DNA of 39,299 bases. It comes from an uncultured Opitutia bacterium. Its GTDB lineage: Bacteria; Verrucomicrobiota; Verrucomicrobiia; Opitutales; UBA953. The position numbers and the translations under genes are program-made. Positions 9,301 to 17,820 of this stretch are shown here, piece by piece (positions within the stretch are counted from its first letter, which is position 1; every line of letters begins with the position of its first letter). Under the pieces are notes generated by a model that saw only the letters and a list, made by a program, of their open reading frames with translations, was not told where the DNA came from and searched no databases. The stretch lies in the NCBI GenBank assembly GCA_903829855.1, contig CAIKRN010000255.1:1-39299 (forward strand), written 5' to 3'.

Positions 9301-11897
9301 ATTAGCCGGGAGACGTCTTCGCGGTGCAACCCCGTCGTCGGTTCGTCAAGCAAGAGGAGTGCGCCGCGCTTACGGGTATCGATTTTAGAGAGGTAGCGAA
9401 CCAGCTTGAGACGCTGGGCTTCGCCCCCTGAGAGGGTCGTGAGCGGCTGGCCCATCGAGAGATAGCCGAGGCCAACCTCCTCTAGGCATGCGAGCTGCGA
9501 GGAGGCCGGGGTGCGCGCACCGAGGAACTTGCGGGCGTCCGTGATGGACATCGCCAGGAGGTCGCCGACAGATTTGCCGTCGTACTGGAAAGCGAGCACC
9601 TCGTCGCGAAAACGTTTACCATTACATGACGGACAGGGCAGGGCGACGTCCGAGACGAATTGCATCTCCACCGTTTCCCAGCCCGCCCCGCCGCAACGTT
9701 CGCAGCGACCCTCGCCGGCATTGAAGGAGAAGTGCGAAGGCGTGAGACCAGCGGCTTTGGCTTCGGCCGAGTTGCCAATCAAATTACGTATCGCATCCCA
9801 GGCGCCGACGTAGAGGGCTGGATTCGAGCGCGGCGTGCGCGTGGCAGGCGATTGATCGACCAAGGCGACCTCTTCGGGTTCTTTGTCGAACTTGAGCCAC
9901 TTGGATTCATCGGCTTGATCGCCGGACTCAGGGTCACGTCGGCCGATGACTTGGTGAAGTAGGGTCGATTTACCGGAGCCAGACACGCCGCAGAGACCGA
10001 CGAGTCGACCCAGCGGGATGGTGCAGGCAAAGTCCCGCAGATTATTCACCGTGGCGCCCGTGACGCGCAGGCGCGGAGTTGTATCGTCGACGCTACGCGG
10101 GGCGCGTTTCTCAGGTTGGCGGCGACCAGAGAGCCAATTGCCCGTCGCTGATTCTTTCAGCTTCAAGATGCCTTTGGGTGGGCCTTGGTAAAGCAGGTGC
10201 CCACCTTCGGCGCCGGGCCGCGGGCCGATTTCGATGAGCCAATCGGCGGCACGCATGACCGACTCATCATGCTCGACGACCACGACCGTGTTGCCTTGCT
10301 CGACGAGCCCGCGGAGGATTCCCACCATGCGGGATAAGTCACGGGCGTGCATGCCGACGCTGGGTTCATCGAGGACGAAGACCGTATCCGCCAGACAAGC
10401 GCCGAGGCAGGAGGTCAGGTTCACGCGCTGAACTTCGCCCCCCGAGAGCGTCCGCGAAAGACGATCTAAAGCGAGGTAGCCGAGACCCACTGCTTCAAGA
10501 TAGCCGAGGCGGGCGAGAATCGCCTCAAGGGCGTGGTCGGCCGGATGCCGCGAATCTTTCGGCGCCAGTGGGGCGAGCAAGCGGCGTAAGTCCGTGACCG
10601 GGATGGCATAAAGTTCTGGGAGGGTCTTCCCCTGCCAGCGCCAGCAGAGAGATTCTTCGCGGAAGCGGCGACCTTGGCATTTCGGACACTGTTCATAGGC
10701 CCGCCAGCGCGACAGGAAGACGCGCACGTGCATCTTGTAAGTCGATGATTCGAGCCAGCGGAAGAACCCGCGAATCCCGTACCACTTTGAATCCCATTCG
10801 CCAGGCACATAACTCGGCTCGCCGTTTTCGACGAACTTGCGGTGGGCGGCGGAGAGTTTCTTCCACGGTACGTCGAGCGGGATACCCTCTTTGCGACACG
10901 CCTTAGCGAGGTCCTTCTGTGATTCGCCATAGACCGTACCTTGAAAGGCGGCGATGGCACCCTCCGCCAAGGTGAGAGCCGGATTCGGGATAATTTTATT
11001 CCAGTCTAGTCCGATGACGCGGCCGAAGCCGCGGCATTCAGGACAGGCGCCGACCGGCGAATTAAAAGAGAAGAGCGCCGGCGAGGCGGGGCGGAATTTT
11101 CGTCCATTGACGGGGGATTCCAGGGCTTCGCTGTAGCGCGATAGTTCGCTGCCCTGATCGTCGAGTAGGCGAAGTCTGCCGCCGCCAAGCCGAAAGGCGG
11201 CGAGGGCCGCTTCGTGAAAGCGGGAGGCCTGAGCTTTCGATACCGTCACCCGGTCCTGGATGATGAGTAGCTCGGTCGCTTCGGCCGGAATTTCATCTTC
11301 GGTGAGGCGGATGCGCTGGCCATGGGCGAAGGCACGGCTGAAGCCTGCCCGGGCAAACTCTTCGGCGATGGTCTTCCATCCGAGCGACTCCGGCTTACCC
11401 ACGGCGAAGGCCAGTGAGAGGGATTGGTCGACGAAGCGTTCCAGTGAGTCATGCCACGCGGCATCGGGACCACGCGGGATGACGGCGAGCCCGCTGGCCG
11501 GATCGATGAGTTCCGCTCGGTGGGCGAACCAGACTTTGAACCAATCGCACAGTTCCGTCATCGTACCGACCGTTGAGCGCGAGGTGCGGACGGCATTACC
11601 CTGCTTGATGGCGACCGACGGGCGGACGTTTTCAGCGGAGTCGAGGGCTGGCGATGGAAGTAATTCCAAGAACTGCCGGACGTACGGGCTGAAGGTTTCC
11701 ACGTAGCGCCGTTGTCCTTCCGCGTGAAGCGTATCAAAAACCAGAGAGGATTTTCCGGCGCCGCTGAGGCCGGTCACCACGACTAGCTTCCCGACGGGGA
11801 TATCGACATCGAAGCCCTTCAGGTTGTTCTGGCGAACGCCGCGGAGGCGAATGGCGTCTGGTCGGGGGGCGGTCATCGGCGACCCACCAACGGACAC
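6360..11897 (-). CDS. UvrA-family ATPase, tandem duplication (two complete UvrA-like units, four ABC nucleotide-binding modules in one chain)
   Basis: 1845 aa, against about 940 aa for canonical UvrA. Four Walker A motifs: [36 protein letters not shown]. Four ABC signatures: LSGGE(V/A)QR. Four Walker B/H-loop sets: VLDEPS..VVEHD, LLDEPT..VVEHQ, VLDEPS..VVEHD, ILEEPT..VIEHH. Unit boundary is near aa 945 (nt ~9062). The track start at 11897 is GTG. ATG at 11876 ([14 protein letters not shown]) is an alternative. Confidence 0.85.
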   Translation of the reverse strand: MSVGGSPMTAPRPDAIRLRGVRQNNLKGFDVDIPVGKLVVVTGLSGAGKSSLVFDTLHAEGQRRYVETFSPYVRQFLELLPSPALDSAENVRPSVAIKQGNAVRTSRSTVGTMTELCDWFKVWFAHRAELIDPASGLAVIPRGPDAAWHDSLERFVDQSLSLAFAVGKPESLGWKTIAEEFARAGFSRAFAHGQRIRLTEDEIPAEATELLIIQDRVTVSKAQASRFHEAALAAFRLGGGRLRLLDDQGSELSRYSEALESPVNGRKFRPASPALFSFNSPVGACPECRGFGRVIGLDWNKIIPNPALTLAEGAIAAFQGTVYGESQKDLAKACRKEGIPLDVPWKKLSAAHRKFVENGEPSYVPGEWDSKWYGIRGFFRWLESSTYKMHVRVFLSRWRAYEQCPKCQGRRFREESLCWRWQGKTLPELYAIPVTDLRRLLAPLAPKDSRHPADHALEAILARLGYLEAVGLGYLALDRLSRTLSGGEVQRVNLTSCLGACLADTVFVLDEPSVGMHARDLSRMVGILRGLVEQGNTVVVVEHDESVMRAADWLIEIGPRPGAEGGHLLYQGPPKGILKLKESATGNWLSGRRQPEKRAPRSVDDTTPRLRVTGATVNNLRDFACTIPLGRLVGLCGVSGSGKSTLLHQVIGRRDPESGDQADESKWLKFDKEPEEVALVDQSPATRTPRSNPALYVGAWDAIRNLIGNSAEAKAAGLTPSHFSFNAGEGRCERCGGAGWETVEMQFVSDVALPCPSCNGKRFRDEVLAFQYDGKSVGDLLAMSITDARKFLGARTPASSQLACLEEVGLGYLSMGQPLTTLSGGEAQRLKLVRYLSKIDTRKRGALLLLDEPTTGLHREDVSRLIGLLHRLTEAGHSLIVVEHQLDVLKACDWIMEMGPEAGPGGGHLVAQGTPAQVALAGTVTGEFLAKGDEAFADAETRKSRPRPTSISLRGAREHNLKDVSLEIPHGSLTVMTGVSGSGKSSLAFDILFAEGQRRFLECVSAYARQFVEQLPKPDIDSLTGLPPTVAIEQRVTRGSAKSTVATVTEVAQYLRVLFARAGVLHSPTTGEPLEEMTEDAVVRLVAKKAKALKKGSLLVAAPLVRARKGHHRPLAEWAETKGLRLLRCDGKMLKVDGFDGLDRYSEHDVDAIFGEIRPDGLILLPDETEESGEKALRSLVRQALASGKNACVLLDPQGHQLGYFSTARSDPATGESFPEVDPKHLSWNSPRGWCPDCRGHGLEVTTFSADEEESLNENAIADRVGEKICPTCHGERLGPIGRSVKLAGPKGRSLSLPGLLRLQPDESLEFLSSLKLEAREKAIVGALLPEIGARLRFLDSVGLGYLALDRGADTLSGGEAQRIRLAAQLGSTLSGALYVLDEPSIGLHPRDNDRLIESLRGLRDRGNTVLVVEHDEDTMRAADLVVDMGPGAGVHGGEIVAQGTAAALEKRANSITGRFLREAIPHPLRGVRRPVAGKGAPSEWIKLKHAALRNLKGFDVQFPVGRLSVVCGVSGAGKSTLVTDLLAPAIRATIAKKKDGMTGKEALLAVSHAGKPAFTSLSGLKGFRQLVVVDQEPIGKTPRSTPATYIGAWDLIRERLASLPEAAIRGHTAGFFSFNTSGGRCESCSGAGRIKLEMSFLPDTYVPCEECAGTRYGIAAKAIQWNGKSAADLLAMTFEEAAAFLSFDAKLGDLCKLMVKTGLGYLTLGQSSPTLSGGEAQRLKLVSELAQGLPTFRERSRGEIRPNLYILEEPTIGLHQADCRRLIELVHALIDQGHTVIVIEHHPDVIAEADWVVEIGPEGGNAGGQLVHAGDPESLAAHRKSPTAPSLCLTLERGKQVVQS

Positions 11898-11921
11898 AAA
11901 ACTGGGGGCTTGGCAAACTTG

Positions 11922-12503
11922 CTAGCGCACTCGGCACCGAATCACGCCCTGCGGGGTGGCCACGGCCTTAACTTTAATATCATGAGGCTCGTCGGGCAGG
12001 CGCGGGACCAGCTGGAAGGAGTGGGCGTGGCCGAGTAGGAAGGTCTTCCGGGGTGGTTTGGCCAGAAGCCGGTCATAGAAGCCGCCGCCGAAGCCGAGGC
12101 GTCGGCCGGCACCATCGAAGCCCAATCCAGGCACAAGGATGAGGCCAGCTTCGAGCAGCGTGGCGGTCGGGGCGGTCGGCTTCGGTTCACGGATGCCGAG
12201 GCGAGAGGGCTGGAGGGCGGCGAGATCCGTGACTTCGTGCAGCGTGAGCGCGGTCTTGTTGGTGACGCGCGGAAGCAGCAGTCGCTTACCCTCCAGCAAG
12301 GCAATCGCCATCAGCACGTCGGTCGGAAGCTCTCCACCGAAAGAGGCATAAAGGCAGATCGTCTTCGACTGCTTCCATTCTGGGAGTTGCGTGATGAGGC
12401 GAGCGGCGGCATCGCCAGCAACCTGTAATTCACGGGGCGTTAGGGCCGTGCGGCGGGCCTTGAGCTCCGCGCGCAGGCGGTCCTTGGCAGCGCGCGTTTC
12501 CAT
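11922..12503 (-). CDS. 5-formyltetrahydrofolate cyclo-ligase
   Basis: ICLYASFGGELPT, LLLPRV, LGIREPKP, LILVPGLGFDGAGRRLGFGGGFYDR are MTHFS family motifs. Start set at ATG 12501-12503 (METRAAKDRLR), 5 nt after the ctaB stop. The track start at 12641 overlaps ctaB. Confidence 0.8.
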   Translation of the reverse strand: METRAAKDRLRAELKARRTALTPRELQVAGDAAARLITQLPEWKQSKTICLYASFGGELPTDVLMAIALLEGKRLLLPRVTNKTALTLHEVTDLAALQPSRLGIREPKPTAPTATLLEAGLILVPGLGFDGAGRRLGFGGGFYDRLLAKPPRKTFLLGHAHSFQLVPRLPDEPHDIKVKAVATPQGVIRCRVR

Positions 12504-12508
12504 GCGCT

Positions 12509-13411
12509 TTAGAAAAGACGATTGAGCGTCAGAGTCAACAGGACGACCGGCAGATACAAGATCGAGGCTAGGAATAACGGCTTGGCGACCGCGGCACGTC
12601 GCTGAGGCAGGGCGAAATCCAGCGTCAACTTGAAAAACCAAGCACCCGCGATGAAGGAGATCCAGACGTAGGGACTGGTCCAGCCCGGGAAGAAAATTGT
12701 GGCGATGGCGCCGGCGACGAAAAGCATCGGGATGATGAATAGCAGTGCCCAGCGTGCTGCCGAGCGACCGGAGGGGTCGTCGACGGTCGCCACCTTGAAG
12801 CCTCCGCGGGCATAGTCTTCACGGCACATGACCGCGAGGGCCATGAAATGAGGGACCTGCCAGAAGAAGAGGAGTCCAAAGAGCAGCCAGCCCATCGTAT
12901 CGATGTGAGCGCCGCCGCCATGTTGCCCGAGTTTGGATGCGGTGCCGATGATGGGAGGGATCGCCCCGGGCAGAGAGCCGACGAGCGTGCACCATGAGGT
13001 CATGGTTTTGAGTGGCGTGTAAAAAAATAAATAGGAGATGGCGGTGGCCGCAGTTAGGGCTCCCGCGAGCGGGTTAGCTCGATTCCAGACCAGACCGACG
13101 CCGAGGGCGAGGAGCAGCATCCCGAAGAGCAGGGCCGCTCCTGGGCGGATGATACCGGCGGGTATCGGCCGGTTGCGGGTTCGTTCCATCTTCGCGTCGG
13201 CGTCGCTCTCCCACCACATGTTTACCGCCCCACAGCCGCCAGCTGCCAGTGCCGTCCCGATGGCGAGGGAGACAAGTACGCGGGCATCGACGCCTTGTTC
13301 CGGGGCGCTGCAGAAGTAGCCGGCTAGAGACGTGAGCACCGATAGGAACGACAACCGAGGCTTGGTTAGCTCCCAGTAGGCGGCAGGCAAAGATCCGGCG
13401 CGTTCACTCAT
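12509..13411 (-). CDS. ctaB: Protoheme IX farnesyltransferase (heme O synthase)
   Basis: UbiA-type prenyltransferase motifs: YWELTKPRLS, NMWWESDADAKMERTRNRPIPAG, FFWQVPHFMALAV. Multi-TM. 300 aa. Confidence 0.9.
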   Translation of the reverse strand: MSERAGSLPAAYWELTKPRLSFLSVLTSLAGYFCSAPEQGVDARVLVSLAIGTALAAGGCGAVNMWWESDADAKMERTRNRPIPAGIIRPGAALLFGMLLLALGVGLVWNRANPLAGALTAATAISYLFFYTPLKTMTSWCTLVGSLPGAIPPIIGTASKLGQHGGGAHIDTMGWLLFGLLFFWQVPHFMALAVMCREDYARGGFKVATVDDPSGRSAARWALLFIIPMLFVAGAIATIFFPGWTSPYVWISFIAGAWFFKLTLDFALPQRRAAVAKPLFLASILYLPVVLLTLTLNRLF

Positions 13412-13467
13412 GCAGTTGTCGTGGGGCTTTTGGCAGTCGGGTTAAAGGCAAATCGGACGCCAAAGGC

Positions 13468-14445
13468 TTAGGTTCGCCGATCGACCGCGCGGCGGTGAAC
13501 CAGCGCGGCGGTGGCGCAAAGGCTGGAGAAGAGGGCCGCACCCACGACGAGGTGCACGGTGCGGACGTGCGGGTTGTTCGGCAGTTGAATGCTCAGGATG
13601 CCGAGTAGCACCTGCAGAGAAAGTAGCACAATTAAAGATGACCAGCGAACCAGCGAGTAGCCCCGGCGAGCGAGCATCACGGCAAAGATAATCACCGACA
13701 GTCCAGCCAAGAGGGCTCCACTGCGGTGGAGGGCGTTAATCCACCAGACATGGCCCTCGCCGGCCGAGGGCAGGAAGACGCCTTCGCTTGGGCTGGAAAC
13801 CCAGATGGTCCAATGGCCTTGGCGCATCATGGCACCGGCGAGAATTACCGACAGGACGAGGATGGCGGCAGTGATTCCAACCCGCCGCACTTTTCGGGCG
13901 GTATCTTTTTTCGCTGTGTGCCAAGAGATGCTATGGGAAAGGGCGATGAAGGCGAGCAGCGCAAGGGTGAGCTGCGCATTGACCGCGTGGCCCACGGCGA
14001 AACAGACCGCCTTCAGATTGCCCTCACCGCCAACGTTTAGTTTGTCGAGCAGTACGCGGAGTCCGCCGAGGACGCCCTGCATCACAACGAGACCGACTAG
14101 GGCATAAGCCGCGAACCTAACGCGCCGGCGCGTCTCGGCTCGGCTGTGCATGACGGCGATGATAATAATCAGGATGCCGAGGATGGCGGCGGCGAGGCGG
14201 TGGGAATGTTCGGCGAATTTATCAATCTCCGTGAGCCAGCCAGGCGGATTAACGCTGCCGTTCGAGAGCGGCCAGTCGAGGAAGGCCATGCCTGCATGGA
14301 TGCTTGTCGTGAAGCCCCCTGCTTGGAGCACGAGTACCGACCAGCAAAGCGTGATGATGCAGAGCGTGAGCAGGCCACGATTTGGCGTGGCGGGCGCAAG
14401 GGCGGGCTTATGGCTCATGCAGCCATAAGAAGCGAGTAGCGGCAC
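13468..14445 (-). CDS. ctaA: Heme A synthase (COX15/CtaA family)
   Basis: Polytopic membrane protein. GGFTTSIHAGMAFLDWPLSNG and FAEHSHRLAA resemble COX15/CtaA, and it lies adjacent to ctaB. The track start at 14445 is GTG. ATG at 14418 (MSHKPALAP) is an alternative. Confidence 0.75.
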   Translation of the reverse strand: MPLLASYGCMSHKPALAPATPNRGLLTLCIITLCWSVLVLQAGGFTTSIHAGMAFLDWPLSNGSVNPPGWLTEIDKFAEHSHRLAAAILGILIIIIAVMHSRAETRRRVRFAAYALVGLVVMQGVLGGLRVLLDKLNVGGEGNLKAVCFAVGHAVNAQLTLALLAFIALSHSISWHTAKKDTARKVRRVGITAAILVLSVILAGAMMRQGHWTIWVSSPSEGVFLPSAGEGHVWWINALHRSGALLAGLSVIIFAVMLARRGYSLVRWSSLIVLLSLQVLLGILSIQLPNNPHVRTVHLVVGAALFSSLCATAALVHRRAVDRRT

Positions 14446-14500
14446 TTCGCAAATTTCATTCGTCAGGGAAGCCGTTTTTAAGGCCGCCCACTAGGTCTTA

Positions 14501-14923
14501 TCAGGCAGGAATGGACGCCCGGCCAAACGAACGTATCTTGGCGACCAGATTGGTCAGCCCGTTGCGTCGATTGGGCGACAAGTGCTGAGTCACGCCCACG
14601 GTCGAGAGAAAGTCGGCGTCGGTGGCGGCCACCTCGGCGGGCGCCGCACCGTCGTAGAATTCGCAGACAAGGTGGGCGATTCCTTTGGTGATGAGCGAAT
14701 CCGCATCACAGCGAAAGCGGCAGACGCCTTGTTCAAGCGAGGGAACTAGCCAGAGATTCGAGGTGCAGCCCTCGATGAGGAAGACGTCGAGTTTCAATTC
14801 CGCGGGCAACGTCGGCGCGGATTTCGCTCGGTCGATGACATATTGGAATCGCTCGTGGTGATCGGAGAAGGGCTCGAGTTCGGCGATGAGCTCCGCCCGT
14901 CTAGTTGCTAGGCCCATGGGCAT
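14501..14923 (-). CDS. sufE: SufE-like cysteine desulfuration (sulfur acceptor) protein
   Basis: 140 aa. IEGCTSNLWLV (active-site Cys context), CDADSLITKGI and HLSPNRRNGL match the SufE/CsdE family. Its ATG overlaps the upstream stop (TAATG). Confidence 0.8.
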   Translation of the reverse strand: MPMGLATRRAELIAELEPFSDHHERFQYVIDRAKSAPTLPAELKLDVFLIEGCTSNLWLVPSLEQGVCRFRCDADSLITKGIAHLVCEFYDGAAPAEVAATDADFLSTVGVTQHLSPNRRNGLTNLVAKIRSFGRASIPA

Positions 14924-16719
14924 TAGCGACCAGACAGGGCCTCGGGGTCGAGGTTGGTGCGAATGAGCGGCGCAATGCTAGCTTCCAATTTACGCAGACG
15001 TTCGGGCGAGATTTTTGACTCCGAGTGGAGCCAGGCAATCGCGTCCTGCCAGATGGCGGGAGAGGGACGGCGCATCTCGAGAAGGAGTTCGAGTTCATCG
15101 GCCACGGACTTGCGGGAGCCGTATTCAACGGTCTGCCCTGCGAGGATGCGCGCCGCGATGAAGTCGGCACGGAGTTGGGAGTGGCGCGGATAGGCGATGA
15201 CGCCGGCCTCAAGCACGCGGACGGCGCTATCGCTCGCCCGGATTAAGCGGAGGTGACGGCCGACGGAACGATAAGCCTCGGGGCCGAGATCCTTTGCCTT
15301 GAGGAATTCAGTGATGTAGCGATCACCGATATCATGATCGCGCTTGGCGATGACATCGTCTTTTTTCTGGCGGGCGTGGTAGGCGATGCCAATGAGTGCC
15401 TGCACAACGGCTTCGTTGGATTTAAAGAACGCCCGGTCTGCGGCGACGACCTGTTGGTATTGGATGATGACCTGATTCGGGTCGGTGCCATTGAGCAGGG
15501 CTTCGAGGTGGAGGGCGGCGAAGGGAGCCCGCTCCAGGCTGTTGTTAATCGCAGAGGTGGCCACGGCGCCGGTGAGGTCAGCGTAGCCTTTTTCTGCGGC
15601 GAAATTTGCCAGTGCGATCATCGCCGAAGAATTACCGGCATAATTTGCGAAGATGAGGCGAAGCTCTTTATCAAAATCATCCTTTAAATTGAGGCGGTCG
15701 AGTAGCTGCAGCTTCTGGATGTGGGGGAAGGGCGCTTTCTCGTCGGCGGAAATGCGCTCTTGGGTGACGTTCAAAGCGAACCGGGATTTACCTAGTAGAA
15801 GATGGAATCGGGCGAGCTGGGAGAGGACGGCGTCGCGAGCCTGACCTTTGAACGCGGAGGTTTTGGATTCAAGTAGGCTGATGGATTCCTGCGTCTTACC
15901 TCCTTCAAACAGGGCCCGCGCCTTGAGGAGAAGCCCGCTGGGTTGTGCGTCCAAGCCATTGCCATTAACCATGGCCACCGCATCGGGGTAGCGCCCGGTC
16001 CAGTAGAGAGAAGTGGCAACGGCCAAGGAGAGGGATTCGCGGACATGCGGGCTTAGCTGCTTGCTCTCCCGGAGTAGTTTCAGCCCTTGATCGATGACCT
16101 CTTGGTCGCGTTCGCGGGCTTGTAGGAGCTGGAAATAACGGTCGAGATAGTCCTTGGTTAAGGGGTCATCAATGGCTAGGAATTCGAGCCCGTGCCGCAG
16201 GGTTTGAATCGCGTCATCCGTCCGCCCCTGTATTGAATGTAAAAAGTTGGCATAGAACAACTTAGACTTAGCGTTGGCGGGGTTGCAGCGTACCGCTACC
16301 TGGGCAAAGCGTAGGACGTCCGCCTGGCGACCAGCATCCTGAGCCTCCATGGCGAGTTTGGTGAAATAGTCGGCGAGCTTATTGAGGTGTTCTTGGCGCA
16401 GAAAGGCTGCTTTTTCGGGCTGATCTTCGATTTTAGCCAAGGCCAGGCGGACCATTTGTAGCAGGACAGGGTCCTTAATTAGGTCGGCCTTGATGTAGGT
16501 TTGGCGCGCATAGCTCAAAATCGCCTGTTTTTCCTTAAGATTAGGCAATCCTGCCAAAAGAATGGTTTCCGCGTCATTCCCCTCATTCGATTTCTCTTCA
16601 ACGATGGCTTTTGTGGGCACCTGGGCGGCTTTACCGGCTGGGGCGACGGGGGCTTGGGCGAGGCATTGGAGGCATGACATCCCGAGAAGGAGGCTGGCGA
16701 TCGGACGTGGGGGGAGCAT
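14923..16719 (-). CDS. Secreted TPR-like all-helical repeat protein, function unknown
   Basis: 598 aa. N-terminal signal peptide MLPPRPIASLLLGMSCLQCLAQA. The remainder is helical-repeat-like with no catalytic motif I recognise. C-rich third codon positions are consistent with neighbouring genes. Confidence 0.6.
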   Translation of the reverse strand: MLPPRPIASLLLGMSCLQCLAQAPVAPAGKAAQVPTKAIVEEKSNEGNDAETILLAGLPNLKEKQAILSYARQTYIKADLIKDPVLLQMVRLALAKIEDQPEKAAFLRQEHLNKLADYFTKLAMEAQDAGRQADVLRFAQVAVRCNPANAKSKLFYANFLHSIQGRTDDAIQTLRHGLEFLAIDDPLTKDYLDRYFQLLQARERDQEVIDQGLKLLRESKQLSPHVRESLSLAVATSLYWTGRYPDAVAMVNGNGLDAQPSGLLLKARALFEGGKTQESISLLESKTSAFKGQARDAVLSQLARFHLLLGKSRFALNVTQERISADEKAPFPHIQKLQLLDRLNLKDDFDKELRLIFANYAGNSSAMIALANFAAEKGYADLTGAVATSAINNSLERAPFAALHLEALLNGTDPNQVIIQYQQVVAADRAFFKSNEAVVQALIGIAYHARQKKDDVIAKRDHDIGDRYITEFLKAKDLGPEAYRSVGRHLRLIRASDSAVRVLEAGVIAYPRHSQLRADFIAARILAGQTVEYGSRKSVADELELLLEMRRPSPAIWQDAIAWLHSESKISPERLRKLEASIAPLIRTNLDPEALSGR

Positions 16720-16891
16720 GGACGGGTTTTAGTTAATGGCGTGGGGCTCGGGAATTGTCTCTCCAAAAAAGCCACTCTACTGGGGTTATGGAGACAGGAG
16801 TAAAGAAACCTTAAAATCCACGCACTTTCCGCTTGCATGAGGGGCTCCGACGCCTATGCCCAAACCCTCTTTTCCCTATTTACCGAGGTCC
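16720..16891. promoter_or_regulatory. Divergent intergenic region (172 bp) that should hold promoters for the rpsL cluster and the minus-strand array
   Basis: This is the only sizeable non-coding gap at the strand switch. By-eye candidate for the + strand: TTGCAT (16833-16838), 16 nt, TATGCC (16855-16860). The match to consensus is weak and unverified. Confidence 0.3.
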
Positions 16892-17275
16892 ATGCCTACC
16901 ATCAACCAACTCGTCCGTAAACCGCGTGTCCAACCCAAGGCCAAGTCGAAGTCGCCTGCCTTGAACAACTCGCCCTTCCGCCGCGGCGTCTGCGTGCAGG
17001 TCATGATCCGAACGCCGAAGAAGCCGAACTCGGCTCAGCGCAAGGTCGCCAAGGTGCGCCTCACGAACGGCCAAGAGGTCATCTCCTACATCCCCGATGA
17101 AGGCCATAAGCTCCAGGAGCACTCCGTGGTCCTCGTCCGTGGTGGCCGCGTAAAAGATTTGCCGGGCGTCCGTTATCACATCGTCCGCGGCCCTCTCGAT
17201 TGCTCCGGCGTCGAGAAGCGTCGTCGCTCTCGTTCCAAGTACGGCGTTAAGCGTCCGAAGGAAAAGAAGGCCTAA
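16892..17275 (+). CDS. rpsL: 30S ribosomal protein S12
   Basis: [12 protein letters not shown] start, [41 protein letters not shown]. The track start at 16856 adds a non-homologous 12 aa. Confidence 0.97.
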   Translation: MPTINQLVRKPRVQPKAKSKSPALNNSPFRRGVCVQVMIRTPKKPNSAQRKVAKVRLTNGQEVISYIPDEGHKLQEHSVVLVRGGRVKDLPGVRYHIVRGPLDCSGVEKRRRSRSKYGVKRPKEKKA

Positions 17276-17304
17276 TCCGTTTCCGCCACTAACTCCCTTC
17301 GAAT

Positions 17305-17778
17305 ATGTCTCGCCGTCGCAAAGCCGATAAACGCGCCCACCTCCCGGACGCTCGCTACAGCAGCCCCCTGGTCAGCCAGCTCATCAATGTCGTGATGAAG
17401 TCCGGCAAGAAATCTATCGCCCAGACGATTGTCTACGGCGCGATCGAAAAGGTCAGCGAAAAGCTGATGAAGGGTAATCCCGTTGAGTTGCTCCTCGGCG
17501 CCCTTGAGAACTGCCGCCCGAAGCTCGAAGTGAAGAGCCGTCGCGTCGGTGGTGCTACTTATCAGGTTCCCGTCGAAGTCAGCCATGATCGTCAGAACAG
17601 CATCGCGCTGCGCTGGGTCGCTGCTGCTGCCGCCGGTCGCAAGGGAACTACGATGTCGGAAGCCCTCGCCGCTGAACTCGTCGATGCTTACAACAACACC
17701 GGTAACGTGGTGAAGAAGCGCGAAGAAACCCATAAGATGGCTCAGGCCAACCGTGCCTTTGCTCACCTTAAGTGGTAA
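17305..17778 (+). CDS. rpsG: 30S ribosomal protein S7
   Basis: 157 aa. MSRRRKA..., LINVVMKSGKKSIAQ, VKSRRVGGATYQVPVEV, ANRAFAHLKW. Confidence 0.97.
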   Translation: MSRRRKADKRAHLPDARYSSPLVSQLINVVMKSGKKSIAQTIVYGAIEKVSEKLMKGNPVELLLGALENCRPKLEVKSRRVGGATYQVPVEVSHDRQNSIALRWVAAAAAGRKGTTMSEALAAELVDAYNNTGNVVKKREETHKMAQANRAFAHLKW

Positions 17779-17820
17779 CCCTTCGCTGAATTTATTTTAG
17801 GCCGATACCTGGTTACGACC

